Positions 56,012 through 64,000 of a stretch of DNA of 64,000 bases are shown one piece after another. A program made the position numbers and the translations under genes. The notes beneath the pieces are model-generated. The model was not told the DNA's origin. It was given only the letters and a program-made list of their open reading frames with translations, and made no database searches. The first letter of the stretch is position 1, and every line of letters starts with the position of its first letter. This DNA comes from an uncultured Eubacteriales bacterium (lineage in GTDB: Bacteria; Bacillota; Clostridia; Oscillospirales; Acutalibacteraceae), in contig CAZVJW010000007.1 in NCBI GenBank assembly GCA_964627535.1, positions 3,144-67,143 on the forward strand, in the 5' to 3' direction.

Positions 56012-58381
56012 ATGGATAGAAAAACAGATAATAATATTCTGAATGGAAACAACACCGAGTCGGTAAAATTCGGTTTAACGCCGCGCGTAAAATTCCTGCG
56101 CGAAAACGCATTGAACTGGAAAGAAACCCAGAAAGAATATATCGGGCAGAGATTATATTACGCCCTGCAGGGGCTGGTATCCTCGGATTTGGATCTGCCC
56201 TGGACGGCGCGGCGAAGCCGTATGCTTTCAAGTATTATCGGCAATTCGGCTGCCGTGATTCATGAGGAGGAATTGATTGCCGGTTATAATTATTACGGCA
56301 GCGACGATGCGATGTACAACGAGCTTTCCATTTATCCGCGAATGGAAAAGGGTAAGAAAAAGTTAACCGATTATTTAAGCGTCGGATGCCTTTCCGGCGA
56401 ACAAATCGACTTTATCATTGACGCGCTCGATAAAAGCGTAAAATATACATCGCATATGCCCTATTTTACCCCGGTGACCGAACAATATGCCGACGCGAGC
56501 AGCGAAGGCGCCGTATGGTCCCCGGGCGTAGCCGAAAACCATACGGTTCTCGGCTATGAAAAGGTTTTAAGGCTCGGGTTCTCCGGAATTTTATCCGAAG
56601 CACAAAACAGCCTTGCAAACCTCGATTTGAACGACGCCGCGTCGGTGAAGAAAAAGCTGCTTTTGGAGTGCGCCTGCGATGTTTTGGAGAACGCCTGCAA
56701 TATCGGCAAACGCAACAAAAAAAAGGCAGAGGAGCTGTTGCGCGGCTGCCTGAGTTACGAGCGTGCGCAGGACCTGAATAAAATGATTGAAGTTTTGGAC
56801 AGGGTTCCTTACGGCCCCGCACGGACTTTTCACGAGGCTGTCCAAAGCCTTTGGTTTGCCCATATCATCAACACTTGGGAGGACGGAATAAACGCCAACT
56901 CAGTCGGCAGAATTGACCAAATCCTTTACCCTTACTATAAAAAAGACATCGAAGAGGGCAGGATAACAAGAGAAGAAGCTTTTGAACTGCTTTGCTGCCT
57001 GTGGATAAAATGTTACAGGGACTATGATGTCCAGCAGGCGATGATAGGCGGTGTTGACCAAAACGGAGAGGATGCTTCCAACGAGCTTTCCTATATGATG
57101 CTTGATGTGACGGACGCACTGGATTTTGTCAGATGCCTTTCGGTCAGGCTCCACAGCGGCAGCCCTCAGGATCTGATCAAACGGGCGCTGGAAGTTGTCG
57201 GCAAGGGCAACGGCATTCCGTTCTTTTTCAACGATGATATTTTAATCCCCGCACTTGTCAGCAACGGCATCGAACTGCGGGACGCGAGAAGCTACGCGGC
57301 AATCGGCTGCGTTGAAATAACAATTCCCGGCAAAGCAAATCCCCACGCCGTTAGCAACAGGATTAATCTGCTGAAATGCCTTGAACTCGCCTTGAATGAC
57401 GGCGTAAGTTTAACCACCGGTGAACAAGCCGGCCCGAAAACCGGCAGCGTTTCAGCGATGACTGGCATGCAAGATGTTTTAACCGCTTACAAAAAGCAAG
57501 CGGAATATTTTACCGGTATCGCCTGTTTCGAATCCAACCGGCTTGAACTGCAAAACAGCCTCACTTTGCCAATGGTTTATAAATCCATATTAACCGAAGG
57601 CTGCCTGGAAACCGGCCGGGATTTTAATGACGGCGGCGCCAAATATAATTACCACGAGAGCATGCCCATGGGCATCCCGAATGTTGCCGATTCGCTGGCG
57701 GCTTTGGAAAAGCTGGTGTTCGAGAATAACAAATATACGCTGGGCGAGGTTGCGGATATTTTAAAAGGAAATTTCGAGGATGAGTCTGTCAGGCAGGAAT
57801 TTTTAAACAAAGCGCCGAAGTTCGGCAATGACGACGACCTGGTTGACAGTTACGCGGCAAGGATTACGGAACATTTCTGCAAAACGCTTCAAAATATCAA
57901 AGGTATCAGCGGGCTCGGGTTTTTCGCTCAGCCGTTCACCTTCCTTTGGCTGATTGAAGCGGGCGGGATGACCGCTGCGACGCCGGATGGCCGGAGGGAC
58001 GGCGAAAATATTGCTTACAGCATTTCGCCCATGCAGGGCAGGGACAGCAGCGGGCTGACGGCGGTGCTCAACTCCATAGCAAAGCTGCCGGCAAAAATGG
58101 CGGCGGGCAGCACCTCCGCTATTATTGAGGTCGACCCGATGCTTTTCGAAAAAGATAAAATCGACCAAATGGTTATCATGCTCAAGACGGCTTTTCAAAA
58201 AGGCGTCGGTCAGATCCAGTTCAATGTTACAAACGCCGAAACACTCAAAAAAGCGCAGGCCGATCCGGAGAAATATCAAAACCTTGCCGTGCGGGTGTCG
58301 GGCTTCAGCCAGCGGTTTTGCCTGCTGGATAAAAAACTGCAGGACCATATCATCGCGCGGACCAAACATGAAAGTTTTTAG
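56012..58381 (+). CDS. Glycyl radical enzyme, eliminase/dehydratase class (not PFL), 789 aa
   Basis: C-terminal glycyl-radical motif ..AVRVSGFSQRF..; single-Cys thiyl loop ..AAIGCVEITIPG.. (PFL has CC). Confidence 0.85.
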   Translation: MDRKTDNNILNGNNTESVKFGLTPRVKFLRENALNWKETQKEYIGQRLYYALQGLVSSDLDLPWTARRSRMLSSIIGNSAAVIHEEELIAGYNYYGSDDAMYNELSIYPRMEKGKKKLTDYLSVGCLSGEQIDFIIDALDKSVKYTSHMPYFTPVTEQYADASSEGAVWSPGVAENHTVLGYEKVLRLGFSGILSEAQNSLANLDLNDAASVKKKLLLECACDVLENACNIGKRNKKKAEELLRGCLSYERAQDLNKMIEVLDRVPYGPARTFHEAVQSLWFAHIINTWEDGINANSVGRIDQILYPYYKKDIEEGRITREEAFELLCCLWIKCYRDYDVQQAMIGGVDQNGEDASNELSYMMLDVTDALDFVRCLSVRLHSGSPQDLIKRALEVVGKGNGIPFFFNDDILIPALVSNGIELRDARSYAAIGCVEITIPGKANPHAVSNRINLLKCLELALNDGVSLTTGEQAGPKTGSVSAMTGMQDVLTAYKKQAEYFTGIACFESNRLELQNSLTLPMVYKSILTEGCLETGRDFNDGGAKYNYHESMPMGIPNVADSLAALEKLVFENNKYTLGEVADILKGNFEDESVRQEFLNKAPKFGNDDDLVDSYAARITEHFCKTLQNIKGISGLGFFAQPFTFLWLIEAGGMTAATPDGRRDGENIAYSISPMQGRDSSGLTAVLNSIAKLPAKMAAGSTSAIIEVDPMLFEKDKIDQMVIMLKTAFQKGVGQIQFNVTNAETLKKAQADPEKYQNLAVRVSGFSQRFCLLDKKLQDHIIARTKHESF

Positions 58382-58404
58382 CAATCAACTATCGGAGGGC
58401 GTTC

Positions 58405-59232
58405 ATGAACGGTATTGTTTTTGATATTCAGCGATTTTCGATTGATGACGGACCGGGCATCAGAACAACCGTGTTTTTAAAGGGATGCGGGTTAAGGTGC
58501 CTGTGGTGCCACAATCCGGAAGGGCTGCAGGAATGCCCCGAGATTATGTTTTTTCCGCAAAAGTGCATCGGCTGTGGGAAATGCTTCCAAGTCTGTTTGC
58601 AAAAATGCCACAAGACTGAGAACGGTACCAGAGAATTTTTAAGAGAATACTGCCTTCGCTGCGGCAAATGCGCTGAAGTGTGTTATTCGGGAGCCTTGAG
58701 CGTATCCGGAAAGAGCATGTCCGCGGCTGAAGTTGTTGCTGAAATCGAAAAGGACGGCATGTTTTACGAAAACTCCGGGGGGGGAGTAACCTTTTCGGGC
58801 GGAGAGCCTTTGCTTCAGGCGGATTTTATGCGGGAAATGATGATCATGTGCAAAAAACTCGGATACAGCTGCGCGGTGGAAACCGCAGGAAATACCGCAT
58901 GGAGTGAATTTGAAAAAATCTTGCCTTATACCGACCTGTTCCTTTATGATATTAAAGCGATTGACGAAAAACTCCACAAAAAGGTGACGGGAGCGGGTAA
59001 CAAACGGATTATCGGCAACCTCAGAAAGCTGGCGGGTGAAAAACCGGAGATATGGATAAGAACGCCGGAGATTCCCGGCATCAACGATACCCCGGAGGAA
59101 AAGCAGAAGCTTTCCGAACTGCTGCTGGAGCTTAAGGCGGTCAAAACCCATGTTTATATGCCTTATCACCGGCTTGGCGAAAGCAAGTATACAAGTTTAG
59201 GACTTCTGCCGCCATTCCTTCCAACCCTTTAA
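58405..59232 (+). CDS. Glycyl-radical-enzyme activating enzyme (radical SAM) with two auxiliary ferredoxin-like clusters
   Basis: CGLRCLWCHNPE (CxxxCxxC) plus CIGCGKCFQVC and CLRCGKCAEVC; 275 aa. Confidence 0.85.
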   Translation: MNGIVFDIQRFSIDDGPGIRTTVFLKGCGLRCLWCHNPEGLQECPEIMFFPQKCIGCGKCFQVCLQKCHKTENGTREFLREYCLRCGKCAEVCYSGALSVSGKSMSAAEVVAEIEKDGMFYENSGGGVTFSGGEPLLQADFMREMMIMCKKLGYSCAVETAGNTAWSEFEKILPYTDLFLYDIKAIDEKLHKKVTGAGNKRIIGNLRKLAGEKPEIWIRTPEIPGINDTPEEKQKLSELLLELKAVKTHVYMPYHRLGESKYTSLGLLPPFLPTL

Positions 59233-59253
59233 TTATTTTGACAATATATAATC

Positions 59254-59282
59254 AAGCCACGGCTAAAAAAGCCGTGGCTTGA
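59254..59282 (+). terminator. Hairpin agccacggc-taaaaaa-gccgtggct after the activase gene (weak T-tail)
   Basis: 9-bp stem. The downstream T-run is poor. Confidence 0.35.
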
Positions 59283-59383
59283 TACTAATCCATCTTAAAA
59301 ACATAGCTAAAAATCTGCATAAAACCCCATAAATCAAAGCTTTTGCTTGGTTTTTTTAGAGGTTTTTTAATCGTGAATTAGTA
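59283..59383 (+). repeat. MITE-like element copy 6 (left TIR degenerate)
   Basis: tactaatccatcttaaaaacatagctaaaaatctgcataaaaccccataaatcaaagcttttgcttggtttttttagaggttttttaatcgtgaattagta. Confidence 0.8.
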
Positions 59384-59389
59384 TGACTG

Positions 59390-61588
59390 CTAAAAGGATA
59401 TAATTTTTCCTGAGGCAAACCTTAAAATCATAAGCGCGTCAAGCGAATCGGTCTCGCTGTCTTTGTTTATATCGGCAACGAGTTTTTGAGCATCTGTCAG
59501 TGTAATCTTCCCGGAGGCTGAACGTAATAACATCAAGGCATCAAGAGAATCAATGTTTACATCAGTATTCAAATCGCCGATCATACTCCAAAGCGCAGTA
59601 TATGTTGCGTTATCAGCTCCAACCGTTGCGGAAACTGCCTGATCCCAACCGGTAAAAATATAACCTGCTCTTGATACTGTCGGTGGGGTAATGGTTTCAC
59701 CATAGTGCATTAAACTGTTTGTGCTTCCTGTTCCGCCGTTTGCATCAAAGGTGATTATATAACTGTTGATCTGCCACTCCGCCGTATAGGTCGCGCTATT
59801 TCCGGGAACTGTCGTGGGAACCGAAGGCGCCCAACCGATGAAATAATAGCCTTCTCTTGAAACATCCGGTGCGGTAAGCGGACCTCCCGGGGTCATTTCC
59901 GTACGTGTATCGCCTTCACCGCCGTTGGCATCAAAAATTATCATTACCGTTGCCGGCGAAGTCGGAGACCAAATAGCCGACACCGTAACATCATGAGCCG
60001 GCATTATAAACGACCCCATGGACCATCCTAAAAATGTATAACCCGGCCTTGTAGGGAGTTCAAGCATAACATCCGGAACATAAATCGGGTCGTTAAGCGG
60101 GTCCGGAGATTGAAGGCTTACCTTGAATTGAGGGAAAGTAGTTATCGTTACCATTGTTCCGGCAGGTATCAAATAGTCTAATACCATACCGCCGCTTCCC
60201 CCGTTTTCGTCGAAGTCAAGGTGATATCTCGGGTTGCTCCACTTAGCGTAAAGGGTTTGATCCGATGTTATTGTCACCATAGTGGTGCTGTAAATGCATG
60301 TTCCGCTGCCGTCTGTACCTGTATACCATCCGCTGAAAACCTTACCTGATTTTGTTGGTTCCGGTAAAGTCCCGTAAGTGAGACCGGTCGTTACCGTTAT
60401 GGTTGCCGGCGAGACCGTGCCGCCCTGCGGGTCAAAAGTGACAGTGAAAACGGTGACAGGTATCCATTTGGCATAAAGGGTTTGCGCCGATGTAATTGAT
60501 ACATAATTAGTTGCGTAAACTCTGGTTCCCGCGCCGCCCGGACTAGTATACCAGCCCGAAAAAACATAATCTGTCCTTGACGGTGTCGGTAAGGTACCGT
60601 AGCTGTTTAAATATATGACGGTTATGGATGACGGCGTTACCGTGCCGCCCTGTGCGTCAAAAGTGACTGTAAAAGTGCTTGCCGCCCATTGCGCCTTATA
60701 GGTTGTGCTTTTTTGTGGAACGGTCGCAGGTACCAAAGGTGACCAGCCTGTAAAAGTATAGCCGGCTTTTGTAATAACGGGCGCAGTAAGTGCCAAGCCA
60801 GGCAGCATCGGGTTGCTTGTGCCTCCTATGCCGCCGTTGGCATTGAAGACAATGGTTGAATAACCGGGTATTTCGGTTAGATAGCCGTACCAAGGGCTGA
60901 TAAAACCCGTTTTACCGCTTAAATAAAATACGGTAAAACCCGAAGCACAGCCCAAAAAAACCGTGTTTCCTAAAGTTGGCGCATTGCCTAAAAAGTATGC
61001 TGAGGCTAAACTTGTACAATTTTTGAAAGCATTGTTGCCGATACTGCTCACATGGTCGCCGATGGTCACTGTAGTCAGACCGTCGCTATAAACAAATGCG
61101 CCGCCGTTAATAGTGGTTACACTGTTTGGTATCACTACCTCGGTCAGACCGTCACAACCCTGAAAAGCAGTTGAGCCGATGACTGTTAAACTGTCAGGCA
61201 GGTTTAGGGAAGTCAGGTGTGTGCAATTCAAGAAAGCGCCGCTGCCAATTGCTGTGACATTTGTCCCAAATACCAAATCGGTCATTCCGCTGCAACCCCA
61301 GAAGGCAGAACTGCCGATAGTCGTCACACTGTTTGGTATAACAACACTTGTTATCGCCGTATTGTTCAGAAAGACCTGCGAACCGATATCGGTCACCGAA
61401 TAACCGCCCAATTCGGCAGGGATGTTTATGACGCCGCCTGTACCGCTATAAGCAGTAATCGTCGCCTTTGAGTCTGTAACCGTATAGGTGTAAACTCCGC
61501 TTGTTAAAGCGGAGGACATGATTGATCCTGCAGGGAAAACGAACAAAACCATCACGAAGACCATAATAGCTGACAACACTTTTTTCAT
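59390..61588 (-). CDS. Cell-surface protein: signal peptide, BspA-type leucine-rich repeats, Listeria/Bacteroides-type (GYTFTGW) repeats, C-terminal type-I dockerin
   Basis: LRR units ..SVVIPNSVTTIGSSAFWGCSGMT..; repeated ..AGYTFTGWS../..VFSGWYT..; C-terminal GDLNTDVNIDSLDALMLLRSASG...ADINKDSETDSLDALMILRFASG (duplicated Ca-binding dockerin segment). Confidence 0.75.
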   Translation of the reverse strand: MKKVLSAIMVFVMVLFVFPAGSIMSSALTSGVYTYTVTDSKATITAYSGTGGVINIPAELGGYSVTDIGSQVFLNNTAITSVVIPNSVTTIGSSAFWGCSGMTDLVFGTNVTAIGSGAFLNCTHLTSLNLPDSLTVIGSTAFQGCDGLTEVVIPNSVTTINGGAFVYSDGLTTVTIGDHVSSIGNNAFKNCTSLASAYFLGNAPTLGNTVFLGCASGFTVFYLSGKTGFISPWYGYLTEIPGYSTIVFNANGGIGGTSNPMLPGLALTAPVITKAGYTFTGWSPLVPATVPQKSTTYKAQWAASTFTVTFDAQGGTVTPSSITVIYLNSYGTLPTPSRTDYVFSGWYTSPGGAGTRVYATNYVSITSAQTLYAKWIPVTVFTVTFDPQGGTVSPATITVTTGLTYGTLPEPTKSGKVFSGWYTGTDGSGTCIYSTTMVTITSDQTLYAKWSNPRYHLDFDENGGSGGMVLDYLIPAGTMVTITTFPQFKVSLQSPDPLNDPIYVPDVMLELPTRPGYTFLGWSMGSFIMPAHDVTVSAIWSPTSPATVMIIFDANGGEGDTRTEMTPGGPLTAPDVSREGYYFIGWAPSVPTTVPGNSATYTAEWQINSYIITFDANGGTGSTNSLMHYGETITPPTVSRAGYIFTGWDQAVSATVGADNATYTALWSMIGDLNTDVNIDSLDALMLLRSASGKITLTDAQKLVADINKDSETDSLDALMILRFASGKIISF

Positions 61589-61930
61589 AATAATTCTCCC
61601 CCCAAAATTGACATGTTAAGCGGATGTGATTTTTTTTGCTTTTATAGCCGCCAAAACCGGAACAGAGAAACCAAAACCGGAAACTATGCCTGACTATATA
61701 TTGCGGAAAAAACACGCCCTATTAAATTTTATACTGTCTATTGTATTTCTAAACAAAACAGTTTTTACAGAAACTTATATTAACAATATATTACACTTTA
61801 ATTATATAATAAAATTCCATATTGTCAACAGAATGGTATGTTTTGCATGTAGAATTTCAGCCTGCAGATTTGTGTATTATTACTAAATACAAAAAATAAG
61901 CGGGCAGCAATACGATTTAAAATCATATAA

Positions 61931-62020
61931 TACTAATTACTCATAAAAACCTAACTAAAAAATCAGCATAAAACCCTATAAATCAAAGATTTAACTTAGC
62001 TTTTTAATCGTGAATTAGTA
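61931..62020 (+). repeat. MITE-like element copy 7 (90 bp, central deletion)
   Basis: tactaattactcataaaaacctaactaaaaaatcagcataaaaccctataaatcaaagatttaacttagctttttaatcgtgaattagta. Confidence 0.85.
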
Positions 62021-62052
62021 TAAACTGCCCGCTGAGTGTATGAGTTATTTTC

Positions 62053-63990
62053 TTATTCCGTAACCGCCAGCGCCATGCTCCAAACCGGAAGAGCGGGCAG
62101 GCGGAATACTCTGTAATCACCGTCTTCTCCGCTGCAGCTCACGACGGTTTCGGTCATATTCTTATCCGTTACGCGCAGTTTGCTGTAATTTGTCAGCACC
62201 TTCAAGGCTGCATTCTCGGCCGTATCCATGCTTTGGTTGAGCAGAGTGATTATTTTTTGCCCGCCGGCATTTTCCCTTGCCCAAAGGCCAACCTTGTGCA
62301 GTGAGGAAATATAAGCCGGTACAGTGTCTTTGGTCAGCCAGCGAATAACATTTTTACATTGCTCCGATTTTGAGTGGCTGAGCACAAAACTCCACGGGTA
62401 ATACCCTGCGACGCAAATTCGCCCGCCGAGCTTGTTTTCGAACACGCCCATGCTGCAGGCGGCTTTGATTTTATTGCCGTAATCCACTGCTTTGGCAAGG
62501 CTCTGCGCGCCTTGCGCCGGGGGTTCCAAAACAGCGCAAGGGCATTGCCAGAAGGACTGCCTGCAGTCCCGCATACGGCCCTCCTGGCCCACGTTCAGCG
62601 GATGGTCATTCAGCACTTCAATGCAGTCGATTTCATCATATCCGGTCACCTTGAACCCCGTCAGTTCGCCGTAGCCCATTTCATTGAGTGTTTCCAGTGC
62701 CGGTCCGTCCAGGTAAACCCCCTTGGCAAGCCAGCCGAGCAGCTCTTTTTCGCTAAACGAATAAGGCGTAAAACTGCGGAACATGGCCATCTGCGCCTGT
62801 TCGGGGCTGTAAGCCATGGGGATGCCGATTTCAAACCATTCGTCTGCAAAATGGGGGTCAATACTTTCCGGCGGGCCGAACCATTTACCGCGCAGATTGC
62901 GGGGGGCTTCACTGTCCTTGTTCCAGCCGGTGAAGACACCATGCGTCAAAAGCCTGCCCTGCGCCGCTGCAAGCGCATCGTAAAACGGGCGCTGCCTTTT
63001 GATTTCTTTCAGAAGCGGACCCTTTTCAAGCACGATATCCTCGTAAAGGTTCATAATATTCAGCGCGGCGCCCGTGCAGCCGGCCGCAATATAGGCGGAA
63101 ACCTCGGCGGCATTGATGTGGATGCTCTTGCCGAGCGCCTCGTAATTGAAGTTTTCGATTTCGGATTGGATAGACCGCACTTCCTGCGGCAATAGTGCTA
63201 TCTGCCTGCCGATGTCATGCGCTTTGCCCGCCATTTCCTTCAGGCTGGTGTCGCGGTAAAAGCCGGCGCCCGGCCGCCACATAACTTCCTGCTTCGCGGG
63301 GCCTGCGAGCAACCCTGCCTGTGTATCAAAATCATAGCCGTCGGAATAGCGCTCACCGGTCATGAATCCGATTTTGACAGCGGGGTTTATGCTGTGAACG
63401 GTTTTTTCAATGGTCACAAACAGGCGGTTAATGGTGTTGCGTTTGCCCTGCAGCCACAGCTTGCGGAAAGCCAGTTTTTCTTTGATCTCCCCGCTGTTCA
63501 GCTTGTCCGCAATGGTTTCCCTGGTGTAAAGAGTGCCGGAAAGCTTGGCGAATTCGGCGAGGCATTTATCGCAGAAACAGTCGGAGCCGATATCGCCGTG
63601 CCCGGAGCGGACATCGTCATCAATCCAGATAAAATCGGGTTCGGTTTGCGTTATTACCGTGTAAAGCGGGATGACATATTCCCGCACGAAATTTTCATCA
63701 TTCGGGCAGAAGGAACCGAGGCAGATTTTGCCTTCCGGCCCAGTCCTTCGGGTATAATCGCCTTTCAGCGAATTCTCCAGATTTTCGTTGTGATGCCCCA
63801 TGGTCGAGAGGATGTTGACGCCGCAGGAGTATCCGCGCGCTTTCGCGGCGAGGATGCTTGCTTTCATGATCGGCGCGTAATTGTATACGGTCTGCAGCGG
63901 CAGGGGCGGATGGGTGAACCCGGAAAAAAGCGCCAGTTCATCAACTGCGCCTTTATTGGCGTCCAGCAAATCCAGAAGCTCCGTGAACAT
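62053..63990 (-). CDS. Hypothetical protein, >645 aa, possibly 5'-partial (frame open to window end)
   Basis: Long clean ORF with Cys cluster ..GSDCFCDKC..; no confident family assignment. Confidence 0.45.
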   Translation of the reverse strand: MFTELLDLLDANKGAVDELALFSGFTHPPLPLQTVYNYAPIMKASILAAKARGYSCGVNILSTMGHHNENLENSLKGDYTRRTGPEGKICLGSFCPNDENFVREYVIPLYTVITQTEPDFIWIDDDVRSGHGDIGSDCFCDKCLAEFAKLSGTLYTRETIADKLNSGEIKEKLAFRKLWLQGKRNTINRLFVTIEKTVHSINPAVKIGFMTGERYSDGYDFDTQAGLLAGPAKQEVMWRPGAGFYRDTSLKEMAGKAHDIGRQIALLPQEVRSIQSEIENFNYEALGKSIHINAAEVSAYIAAGCTGAALNIMNLYEDIVLEKGPLLKEIKRQRPFYDALAAAQGRLLTHGVFTGWNKDSEAPRNLRGKWFGPPESIDPHFADEWFEIGIPMAYSPEQAQMAMFRSFTPYSFSEKELLGWLAKGVYLDGPALETLNEMGYGELTGFKVTGYDEIDCIEVLNDHPLNVGQEGRMRDCRQSFWQCPCAVLEPPAQGAQSLAKAVDYGNKIKAACSMGVFENKLGGRICVAGYYPWSFVLSHSKSEQCKNVIRWLTKDTVPAYISSLHKVGLWARENAGGQKIITLLNQSMDTAENAALKVLTNYSKLRVTDKNMTETVVSCSGEDGDYRVFRLPALPVWSMALAVTE

Positions 63991-64000
63991 TCCATTGTCC

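Noticed and set aside
9598-62020. CRISPR array
   Set aside because: The repeats are ~100 bp, irregularly spaced by whole genes, and not direct repeats of 25-40 bp. No cas genes are present.
1-64000. tRNA, rRNA or tmRNA genes
   Set aside because: No cloverleaf-compatible segments or rRNA-like conserved blocks were recognised. The GC-rich hairpins at 7700-7880 do not fit a tRNA structure.

Overview
The window is a 64-kb chromosomal segment of a low-GC Gram-positive anaerobe of the class Clostridia. A dockerin/LRR surface protein, an aldehyde:ferredoxin oxidoreductase, a glycyl-radical enzyme and DUF2284/DUF1848 genes point to a cellulolytic Ruminococcus/Clostridium-like organism. Coding density is high, with about 60 CDS, and there are no rRNA genes, tRNA genes or CRISPR arrays.

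Main gene content:
- 1-7473 (minus strand): a two-component system (7-TM HisKA_3 kinase plus LuxR regulator) sits directly upstream, co-oriented, of an island of three WXG100-type small helical proteins, a TPR protein, a glycine-zipper membrane protein, a coiled-coil protein and a gene with 24-aa tandem repeats. This looks like a type VII secretion substrate/toxin island.
- 8.6-16.8 kb: a run of accessory genes, all on the minus strand (AraC/GyrI regulator, HIT, an interrupted PRTase, ant(6) aminoglycoside nucleotidyltransferase, DUF1848, HAD, alpha/beta hydrolase, SAM methyltransferase, GNAT, DUF2284). The genes are punctuated by copies of a ~100-bp repeat with terminal inverted repeats.
- 16.9-28 kb: URO-D-family protein, DUF3592, a GNAT pseudogene, MmcQ/YjbR, ferredoxin plus tungsten-type AOR, arsC, an EamA/DMT transporter with a His-rich tail, a CE15-like esterase and an SGNH hydrolase.
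- 28-39 kb: an OmpR/HK two-component system, flotillin, an interrupted XRE regulator, and a BceAB-like ABC transporter with a BceRS-like two-component system.
- 39-52.7 kb: sialate O-acetylesterase, an RRNPP-like regulator, the complete pstSCAB-phoU-phoPR phosphate regulon with a Pho box, an LCAT-like lipase and pyruvate kinase.
- 52.9-59.2 kb: heparinase-like protein, a URO-D-like protein, a non-PFL glycyl radical enzyme and its activase.
- 59.4-64 kb: a dockerin-bearing LRR surface protein and a partial hypothetical gene.

The hunt turned up several things. A dispersed MITE-like repeat family has 7 copies. TGGNYAG heptamer tandems sit immediately after three stop codons. Three in-frame TAA interruptions and two A-run frameshifts disrupt otherwise intact genes. 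One gene probably starts at ATT. A motif is shared upstream of an SGNH gene and its neighbouring response regulator. The two candidate novel systems are the TCS-linked WXG100/glycine-zipper island and the URO-D + GRE operon.
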